A stretch of DNA of 64,000 bases, taken from Desulfosudaceae bacterium. GTDB lineage: Bacteria; Desulfobacterota; Desulfobacteria; Desulfobacterales; Desulfosudaceae. Both the position numbers and the translations under genes were made by a program. The notes below the pieces were generated by a model. The model had not been told where the DNA came from, searched no databases, and saw only the letters and a program-made list of their open reading frames with translations. Of this stretch, positions 1 through 8,200 are shown piece after piece; the stretch's first letter is position 1; each line of letters starts with the position of its first letter. The stretch lies in the NCBI GenBank assembly GCA_963674745.2, contig CAXXDV010000001.1:2528001-2592000 (forward strand), in the 5' to 3' direction.

Positions 1-1445
1 GCGAGGTGTGGCTGGAAAAGGTGCCCTTGAAATACGAGGGGCTGGACCAGTGGGAAATATGGGTGTCCGAATCCCAGGAGCGGATGACCGTGGCCGTGTC
101 GCCGGACGACCTTGACGCGTTTATGGCGCTGTCTGCCGGACATGCCGTGGAATCCACGGTGATCGGCAAATACACCGATTCGGGCCGGTTGCATATCCTG
201 TATAACGGTCAGACCTGTGCTTATATCGATCTTGATTTCATGAAGTCGGATTTTCCCCAGTGGGTGTTTGACGCGGAATGGAGCCCACCGGCCATGCGCG
301 GGCTGTGTGAACCCGTACTGGGCCGGCCTGACGATTTCAATAAACTGCTGAGCGATATGCTGGCAAGGCCCAATATCTGCAGCCGGGAATGGATCGTCCG
401 CCAGTATGATCATGAAGTCCAGGCCGGGAGTGTCATCAAACCGTTGACGGGCGTCGGCCGGGACATCCCTTCGGACGCATCCGTAACGCGGCCGGTGCTG
501 TTCTCCGACCGGGCCATTGCTTTTTCACAGGCCCTGCTGCCGGCCTATTCCGCCATCGATACCTGGCAAATGGTGGCCTGCACCATTGATGAAGCCGTGC
601 GACGGTTGATCGCCGTTGGCGCGCCGCCTGATGAGATCGGCGGGGTGGACAATTTCTGCTGGCCCAATATCCAGTACGATCCGACGACCAACCCGGATGG
701 AAAATACAAGGCCGCACAGCTGGTCCGCGCCTGCCAGGCGCTCAAGGAAACCTGTGACGCTTTCGGCATACCCTTGCTTTCCGGTAAAGACAGCATGTAC
801 GTGGACGGGCATCTGCCGGGCTCCTATGGCGAGACGCACAAGGTCTCGGCTCCGCCGACCATGCAGTTTTCAGCCACGGCCGTGATTCCTCATGTATTTC
901 GTTGCGTGACCATGGATGCCAAGGCCGAGGGTGACCTGGTCTATATCGTCGGTCGCACGGCCGATGAACTGGGTGGATCTGAATATTACGATATGATGGG
1001 ACATACCGGCCTGAATGTGCCGCAACTGTCCGTGGAAACGGTTTTACCGGTTTACCGCAATATGTTCGAGGCGATTAACCGGGAGATGGTCGCTTCTGTT
1101 CACGGCGTTTACCGGGGTGGCCTGGGCGTTCACCTGGCCCTGTCGGCCATGGCCGGTGAACGGGGCATGATTGTCGACCTGTCGCAGGTGCCCCGGGTTG
1201 AACGCCTGAATGACGCCGGTCTTCTTTTTTCCGAAAGCACCGGCCGCTTCGTGGTAACGGTGGCCCCGCGTCACCAGGAAGCGTTTGAGGCCCTGTTCGC
1301 CGGAGAAGCTTGTGCCCGGGTGGGCGTGGTCGGCAGGGATCAGGGCGATCTGGTGATCATCGGTCAGGAGGGCCGTACCATTATTTCCACGGGGATTGAT
1401 ACGTTGAAAAAGGCCTGGAAACAGCCGCTGGGAGGACTGATATGA
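1..1445 (+). CDS. purL: Phosphoribosylformylglycinamidine synthase subunit PurL, C-terminal part (5' end lies before the window)
   Basis: Motifs SESQERM, QYDHEV, DNFCWP, LLSGKDSM and LFSESTGRF; overlaps the start of purQ. Confidence 0.95.
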   Translation, partial: EVWLEKVPLKYEGLDQWEIWVSESQERMTVAVSPDDLDAFMALSAGHAVESTVIGKYTDSGRLHILYNGQTCAYIDLDFMKSDFPQWVFDAEWSPPAMRGLCEPVLGRPDDFNKLLSDMLARPNICSREWIVRQYDHEVQAGSVIKPLTGVGRDIPSDASVTRPVLFSDRAIAFSQALLPAYSAIDTWQMVACTIDEAVRRLIAVGAPPDEIGGVDNFCWPNIQYDPTTNPDGKYKAAQLVRACQALKETCDAFGIPLLSGKDSMYVDGHLPGSYGETHKVSAPPTMQFSATAVIPHVFRCVTMDAKAEGDLVYIVGRTADELGGSEYYDMMGHTGLNVPQLSVETVLPVYRNMFEAINREMVASVHGVYRGGLGVHLALSAMAGERGMIVDLSQVPRVERLNDAGLLFSESTGRFVVTVAPRHQEAFEALFAGEACARVGVVGRDQGDLVIIGQEGRTIISTGIDTLKKAWKQPLGGLI

Positions 1446-2272
1446 GCCGCACTGTCAATGCGCTGGTGCTATGCGGTTACGGCCTGAACTGTGACCGGGA
1501 AACCGCTTATGCTTTGGAGCTGGCCGGCGCCCGGGCGCAGCGGGTACACATTAATTCACTTATATCACGTGACTCGCGATTGTCGGATTTCCAGATCATG
1601 GCCTTTGTGGGCGGTTTCTCCTGGGGGGACGATCACGGCGCCGGTGTTATCCAGGCCCACCGGTTGAAAACCCGGTTGGGCGATGACCTGATCGATTTCG
1701 TTACCGGCGGCGGGCTGGTTATCGGTATCTGCAACGGTTTTCAGACCCTGGTCAACCTCGGGCTTCTGCCCGGCTGTGACAATGATTACCGCACCCGGTC
1801 GGTGGCGCTGATTGCCAATGACTGCGGCAATTTCCGTGATGACTGGGTCCATCTGCGGGCCAACGAAGCGTCGCCCTGTGTTTTTACCGCCGGAATGACA
1901 GCCTTTGATCTGCCCGTCCGGCACGGTGAGGGCAAATTTTTTTGTGAAACGCAAATGCATGCCCGTATGTCAGAGAAAAACCAGATTGTCCTGCGTTATG
2001 CCGATGACAGCGGGCAGCCGGCAGGCGGAAAATTTCCCGACAACCCCAACGGTTCCCTGGACGACATTGCCGGGATATGTGACAGTACCGGCCGGGTTTT
2101 CGGACTGATGCCCCATCCCGAGGCCTTTATCCACCCCACCAACCATCCCGCCTGGACAAGGCAGAAAACACTGGCTGCCCGTGACGGCCGGGCTTCTACC
2201 GATACCGGTAGCACCATTACCGACGGTGTCCGCCTGCTGAAAAACGGCGTGGATTATGCCGCCGGGATGTAG
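1442..2272 (+). CDS. purQ: FGAM synthase glutamine amidotransferase subunit PurQ
   Basis: GGFSWGD, GICNGFQ (catalytic Cys), HGEGK, NPNGS and GLMPHPE; ATGA overlap with purL. Confidence 0.95.
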   Translation: MSRTVNALVLCGYGLNCDRETAYALELAGARAQRVHINSLISRDSRLSDFQIMAFVGGFSWGDDHGAGVIQAHRLKTRLGDDLIDFVTGGGLVIGICNGFQTLVNLGLLPGCDNDYRTRSVALIANDCGNFRDDWVHLRANEASPCVFTAGMTAFDLPVRHGEGKFFCETQMHARMSEKNQIVLRYADDSGQPAGGKFPDNPNGSLDDIAGICDSTGRVFGLMPHPEAFIHPTNHPAWTRQKTLAARDGRASTDTGSTITDGVRLLKNGVDYAAGM

Positions 2273-2325
2273 ACTCCCAGACGCCCTCCCTGAATACCTT
2301 CTGCAAGGCCCAGGACGCAAACTCA

Positions 2326-2386
2326 TGTAGGGGCACCCCCCTGTGGGTGCCCTTTTATCGGGCGGCCACAGGGGGCCGCCCCTACA
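2326..2386. repeat. GTAG-family REP doublet (REPIN-like inverted pair)
   Basis: TGTAGGGGCACCCCCCTGTGGGTGCCC (2326-2352) faces an inverted copy that reads TGTAGGGGCGGCCCCCTGTGGCCGCCC on the minus strand (2360-2386); 7-nt spacer; each unit is itself a hairpin. Confidence 0.8.
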
Positions 2387-2513
2387 GCGTTTACGAGTGG
2401 CCTGTAACATTTTATCTGCTTTTGTTGGAGAACCGCATGAAATATCCCGGCTAAATGGAAAATCAGCCATTTTTTGAGAATGCTTTGTGATCATTAGCAG
2501 GCGCTGTTTCATC

Positions 2514-2542
2514 TTGATGTTAATGCCACATTGTGGTATAAA
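2514..2542 (+). promoter_or_regulatory. Putative sigma70 promoter for the MOSC gene
   Basis: TTGATG-17 nt-TATAAA with a TGn extension, ~40 nt upstream of ATG 2581. Confidence 0.5.
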
Positions 2543-2580
2543 AATACCTTATGATGAAAATTCGCAAAGAGGTGCTGCAA

Positions 2581-3042
2581 ATGAAAAAAATCGTATCTCT
2601 GTCTGTCAGCCTGAAGAAGGGGACGCCGAAAACAACGGTTCGGGAGGTCTTTTTAAAAACCGGGCATGGTATTGAAGGCGATGCCCATGCCGGAGCCTGG
2701 CATCGGCAGGTCAGTTTTCTGGCCGCGGAACAGATCAAGGCGGCCTGGATCAGTGGATTGAATGTGGATTTTGGATCGTTTGCGGAAAATATCGCCACCC
2801 TGGGTGTGGACTGGGTTACGGTTCCCGTTGGTACCCGGTTGCGCCTGGGCCAAACCGCCGAGGTGGAGATCACCCAGATCGGCAAGGAATGTCATAAAAA
2901 GTGCGCCATTTATTACCAGGCCGGGGACTGCATCATGCCCCGCCAGGGCGTTTTCGGCCGTGTTCTCAGAGAAGGTCGGATCTGCCCCGGCGACGGCATA
3001 GAATTTCTTCAGGTACCGGACACCGGGGAATCTTTGCAATAA
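2581..3042 (+). CDS. MOSC domain protein
   Basis: GIEGDAHAG, RQVS, GSFAENI, TQIGKECH..C and CIMPRQGVF; GAGGTG RBS before ATG 2581 (ORF track starts at 2551). Confidence 0.9.
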   Translation: MKKIVSLSVSLKKGTPKTTVREVFLKTGHGIEGDAHAGAWHRQVSFLAAEQIKAAWISGLNVDFGSFAENIATLGVDWVTVPVGTRLRLGQTAEVEITQIGKECHKKCAIYYQAGDCIMPRQGVFGRVLREGRICPGDGIEFLQVPDTGESLQ

Positions 3043-3071
3043 AAGGCCTTGTTTGGCTAAAGGAGAAAAAA

Positions 3072-3698
3072 ATGTCTTCCAGATTGAAAAAAACAGCTGT
3101 TTTAGTGGTTGTGCTGAGTTTATTCAGTCCTTTTTCTTTTGCCGGGGAATTCTCTTCCTATATGGACTGGCGAAATGAACATTTTTTATTTGCGGATAAC
3201 AGTACCCCGGGAGTTTATGAAAAGGGTAACTGGCTGTTCGCATCCGGCGAGAAAGCCGCCGGATGCGGTGCCATGAACGCAGGCGCTTTTTGTTGCGACG
3301 CGGGTCCGGGAAAAACGTCTGTTTCAGGTTCATCGGGAAAAAAATCGATCGACCTGGGGAATATCCACAAATACCTGGGGTATACGACAGTGCTTCTGGT
3401 GGGGCTGGCCGCGGCCACGGCCGGGGATAACGGGGCGCATTACGGGGCGGCATACGGCTCGGCCGTGGCAGCAGCCGCTACCGTAACAACGGGGTTTGTA
3501 GAATACGGGGACCGGTTCGATCTTAGCTACGGTCTTTTTTCGGAAGATAACGCCCATATCATCCTGGGCACCATCGGCGCGGTGGCCTGTATCGCGGCCG
3601 TTGCCGTGGCGGATTCAGACGGTGGCGGTGGCCATGCCGGCGCCGGCAGCGGCGGTGGTGTTGCCATGGCCCTGTCGATTATCACCATCCGGTGGTGA
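3072..3698 (+). CDS. Hypothetical exported/membrane protein
   Basis: AGGAG RBS at 3061 and ATG 3072; signal-peptide-like N-terminus; small-residue hydrophobic helices preceded by His (HKYLGY, HYGAAY, HIILG, HAGAG). Confidence 0.65.
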   Translation: MSSRLKKTAVLVVVLSLFSPFSFAGEFSSYMDWRNEHFLFADNSTPGVYEKGNWLFASGEKAAGCGAMNAGAFCCDAGPGKTSVSGSSGKKSIDLGNIHKYLGYTTVLLVGLAAATAGDNGAHYGAAYGSAVAAAATVTTGFVEYGDRFDLSYGLFSEDNAHIILGTIGAVACIAAVAVADSDGGGGHAGAGSGGGVAMALSIITIRW

Positions 3699-3886
3699 TT
3701 TGCTAAAAAAGCGTATTTTTTGAGATGTCCCCACACATCAGGATTCCGTAAGCAAAAAGATGTATCCTTATTTTTGGCCATTGCTCCCGGCAGCAGGAAG
3801 CATGCCCCTGGTCTTTGAAAACGGCTTATCGTTTCCATTTTTTTGTTCTGTTGATCGTGTTTCGAATTTTAACTGGAATGATTGAA

Positions 3887-4615
3887 TTATGGCTTTCTCC
3901 CCCCGAAAAGCGCCAGTTCAAATACCTTGAAGAAAACGTCTACATCAACAAAACCGATTTTTTTCAGCCAGGCGCACTGGTCTTCGACCGGGGCCAGGAT
4001 GTTTTCTTTTTTGTCCGGCCGGTTGTAATATTCAGCGGCGATATCTTCTCTGTCTGCTGTCGCGTCAGTTCTGCTGTGAAAGTTGTGCAGTTGGTCGATA
4101 AAAAAATCATCAAACAGCGCCTGCCCGGCGGCTGTTTTTGAGGCAACATGTTCCAGGTTAAGAAATGTCCCCCCCGGCTTAAGTGCATCAAATATTTCAG
4201 TATAGAGCGTTTGTTTTCTGTAGTCCGGTTGGTGATGGATGGCGAAGCCGGACACCACCATATCGAAAAATCCGTGCGGCCGAAGCGCTTCAAGCCATTG
4301 TGGGGAAGAAAAATCCGCTTTGGTAACGGTGGCATTGGCAAGTGCGGCTGTGTTTTCACGGGCCGCGTCAAGCATGGGTTGGGAAAAATCAAGCAGCAGG
4401 CACTTGGCGGATGGGAACAGTTCGAGCAGGAAACGTCCCAGAATGCCGTTACCGCAACCGAGATCAAGAATGCCTTCCGGGGTCGGGTTCCATTGCCGGG
4501 CGATTTTCCCCATAACGGTCAGTTGCAGATCAGCGCCGGGTATGGCACCGCGCACGCCTTCTAAAAAAGTCCGAGAGAGTTCTTTGCTTTGCCAGCCGCT
4601 CATTTTTTCATCCAT
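3887..4615 (-). CDS. Class I SAM-dependent methyltransferase
   Basis: ILDLGCGNG, LLDFSQPML, FDMVVSGFAIHH and LKPGG. Confidence 0.9.
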   Translation of the reverse strand: MDEKMSGWQSKELSRTFLEGVRGAIPGADLQLTVMGKIARQWNPTPEGILDLGCGNGILGRFLLELFPSAKCLLLDFSQPMLDAARENTAALANATVTKADFSSPQWLEALRPHGFFDMVVSGFAIHHQPDYRKQTLYTEIFDALKPGGTFLNLEHVASKTAAGQALFDDFFIDQLHNFHSRTDATADREDIAAEYYNRPDKKENILAPVEDQCAWLKKIGFVDVDVFFKVFELALFGGRKP

Positions 4616-4705
4616 GTTTTTATCGCTTTTTTAAGTGTCCGGCCAAGCCGGCGATGATCATTAGAAATAAAACTTAATAGGTCGTGTTTGATTTATCACG
4701 TTGAT

Positions 4706-4939
4706 TCATACCCCCCCGGAATTGCCGGACTGACAGGAACAACTCAAGCCGGTTTGATGTGCTTTGGCTTCTTTTAAAATGCGGATACCCCCGCGCAGCA
4801 CGATCAGGCGGGAGGATTCGGCCAGCAGGCCCAGGCCAAGCTCTGTTGCAAACATGAAAGCATTGATGCCAAGGATAATCCAAAGGGTTTTTCGTTCCTG
4901 CCTGTTCTTTGCTTCCATTTCACAGCCACAATCTGGCAT
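4706..4939 (-). pseudogene. Internally deleted cation-efflux (CDF/CzcD-like) transporter remnant
   Basis: GGGAGG RBS; MPDCGCEMEAKNRQERKTLWIILGINAFMFATELGLGLLAES resembles the first helices of short CDF-like transporters and joins directly to LIVLRGGIRILKEAK, which resembles the last helix; only 77 aa. Confidence 0.65.
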
Positions 4940-5085
4940 GGTGCCTGCCTCCCGGTATGATCGATAAAAAAACTTCATAGGCGTATTATATCAACCGGAA
5001 AGGGTATGACTATTAAAAAATTAGAGAGACGTGAGGCCGTTAAAATATTATTCGAAAGGATTGCAAATGGTTACAACTAATAGCA

Positions 5086-5114
5086 TTGACATTGAAATAA
5101 TATTATGATACATT
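5086..5114 (+). promoter_or_regulatory. Putative sigma70 promoter of the PKS cluster
   Basis: Perfect TTGACA (5086-5091), 17 nt spacer, TACATT (5109-5114) with a TGn extension, in AT-rich DNA ~155 nt upstream of the first PKS. Confidence 0.6.
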
Positions 5115-5270
5115 CAAAAGGTTTAGATACAATAGCGGGTGTATTTCCGATGCTGTGTTTTGGTTTTTGATAATACCGTTTTTCAATGAATTTTTTTATA
5201 AAAAGGAATGCGGGGAACATTTTAGTTCCTGTGGCCTTGATAACAGATCCCCACGTTTTTATATCGATAG

Positions 5271-8200
5271 GTGAACAAGATGAGTCCATCCGGCAATAAA
5301 CATCAGCCTGAACCATGTGATATCGCAATCATAGGGATGGGATGCCTGTTTCCCAGGGCGGCTGATTTGAGGGCTTATTGGGAAAATATCCTCAATAAAA
5401 TTAACGCAATAGTCGAGGTCCCGGAGGACCGTTGGGATTGGCGGCAATACTACAGTGCGGATCGGCACGAAAAAGATAAAGTTTATTCAAAGTGGGGGGC
5501 TTTTATCGATGACCTTCCTTTTGACCCTTTAAACCACGGCATACCGCCGAATTCCCTCAACTCAATAGAGCCGCTTCAATTGCTCTCACTGGAAGTGGTT
5601 AAAAGTGCCCTGGAAGATGCCGGCTATAAACACCGGGAATTTCCCCGGGACAGAACTTCCGTTATTTTTGGTATCAGCGGCTCTGGAGAACATGGTCAAA
5701 AATACTGTTTTCGCTCATCATTGCCGATGTTTTTCGGGAGTGCTGCCGGGGACATCGCATCCTTTCATAAGGAAAATCTGCCGCAATGGACGGAGGATTC
5801 TTTTCCGGGTATTCTGACCAACGTCACTGCCGGAAGAATCGCCAACCGGTTTGATCTTGGCGGCGTTAACTGTACGATTGATGCCGCATGCGCCTCGTCC
5901 CTGTCCGCACTATACTTGAGCGTCAGGGAACTCGAAGCAGGGACAAGTGATATCGTTATTGCCGGAGGCGCGGATTGCACGCAAAATCCGTTTGCTTATC
6001 TGTGTTTTTCAAGAACGCAGGCCCTTTCGCCGAGAGGCATATCCGCGCCTTTTGATGACAACGCCGATGGAATCGTTTTGGGCGAGGGGCTGGCGGCAAT
6101 CATTCTAAAACGTTTATCCGATGCCGAGCGGGATGGCGATAAAATTTATGCCGTCATCAAAGGCGTCGGCGCCTCGAGTGACGGCCGGGGCAAGAGCCTG
6201 ACGGCGCCGCGTCGCGAAGGGCAGATCCAGGCCTTGAAGCGGGCCTATGAACAGGCCGGCATATCGCCTAAAACGGTCGGTCTTATAGATGCGCACGCAA
6301 CCGGAACCGCTGTCGGTGACCGGGTTGAAATTGAATCAATGAGCGAAGTGTTTTTGGGAGAAGGTGCGGCAGCCCAAACCTGTGCGATCGGGTCTGTAAA
6401 ATCAATGATCGGCCACACGAAATCAACAGCCGGGCTGGCTGGTTTGATCAAGGTCGCCCTGTCGCTTCATCATAAGACGTTGCCGGCAACACTGAATGTG
6501 ACGATGCCGAATAAAGGTTTGACAATACCCGGCAGCCCCTTTTACGTGAACACGGAAACAAAACCATGGCTCAACCATACGGCAGACTATCCTCGTAGAG
6601 CCGGTGTGAGCGCGTTCGGATTCGGCGGTACAAATTATCATATTGTGCTGGAAGAATACACCCGTGACAATTCGCAAAAATCGAAACAAAAAGCGTTTTC
6701 GCAATGGCCTTGTGAGCTGTTTATATGGAAAAACGCCTCTTCCCAAAGACTGCTTGAGGTCTTGGTTCCACTGGAAGGTGCCCTGGCGCAGGGCGCAACG
6801 CCCTCGCTCAAAGACCTGGCCTATACCGTTAATAAAGCCGGAGAAGCGTCCGGATCCGGGAATGACGGCCAAAGCATAAACCTCGCCGTTGTGGCCTGCT
6901 CGGTAAATGACTTAAAGGACAAACTGAATACCGTTATCAAAGCATTACAGGATTCACGGCTGGAGATTGTTGATACCAAGGGGATTTACATGTCTGAAAC
7001 GTCTGCTCTCGGTGACGGGAAGCTGGCGTTCCTTTTTCCCGGGCAGGGATCCCAATATCTGAATATGTTCTGGGATCTGGTGGTTCAGTTCCCGGACATG
7101 CAGGCTTGGTTTGAACGGGCTGAAAGGGTTGTTGCCAATAAACTGGACAGGCCGTTAAGCAGTTATGTTTTTCCCACGAAAGCGCTGAGCAAGGAGGAAC
7201 GGGGTGTTTGTGAAAAAGACCTCGCCCGGCCGCAAATCGTCCAGCCGGCTTTGGGGACAGCCAATGTTGCCATGTATCATCTATTGAAAAGCCTTGGCAT
7301 TACGCCTGATATGGCGGCCGGCCACAGTTATGGCGAATACGTTGCACTGGGTGCCGCGGGTGTTTTCAGCGCGGATGACTTAATCGGGGTAGCCGAAGCC
7401 AGGGGTCGTTTTATCACTGAAACGGCAGGCGCCGACCTCGGTACAATGGCCGCGGCCGGGGAAGACAAGACGGTTGTCGAAGATATTATTAAAGATATTG
7501 ACGGCGTGTGGATAGCGAACATCAATTCACCGAAACAGACGGTGATTTCCGGAAGGAGCACTGCTGTCGACGAGGCCATGGAGAGATTGAAAAGCAAGGG
7601 TGTCGCCACCCGGCGTTTTCCGATCGGGTCGGCCTTTCATTCCCCGGTTGTTGCTCCGGCCAATGAGCTGCTCAAGGACTATCTTTCCAGGGTGAAGATG
7701 AATAGGCCGGCCATTGCAGTTTATTCAAACACGACCGCACAGCGCTACCCGGAGGACACTGATGCCATACGCGCGCTTCTGGTCAATCATCTTGTGAGCA
7801 AAGTGGACTTCGTGAATGAAATCGAGACCATGTATAACGACGGGGCCCGTATTTTTATTGAGGTGGGACCGGGCCGGGTGCTGTCAGGCCTTGTTTCTAA
7901 AATATTAAAAGACCGACCGCATCTGGCGCTGATTTCCAATCAGGCCGGCAAGTCGGGTTTAAGCCAGCTTTTACATTTGCTGGGGCGATTAATTGTCAGC
8001 GGCATTAATGTGAACATGGAAAAAGTGTATGAAGGCCGGGCGTTGAAGATGATCGATCTTGATGCACTGTACAGGCAGAAAGATCAATTCGGGATGACGC
8101 CGACAACCTGGCTTGTGAACGGGGCAAGGTCAATCTCTTTTAAAGAGGCAATGGCAATCAGTCCCAAAAAGGTCGTTAAGCCCATGGATTTAAAACCGGA

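Noticed and set aside
5088..5190. Fur-box-like AT-rich inverted sequences near the PKS promoter
   Set aside because: Half-site spacing does not fit the 7-1-7 consensus; such matches are expected by chance in AT-rich DNA.
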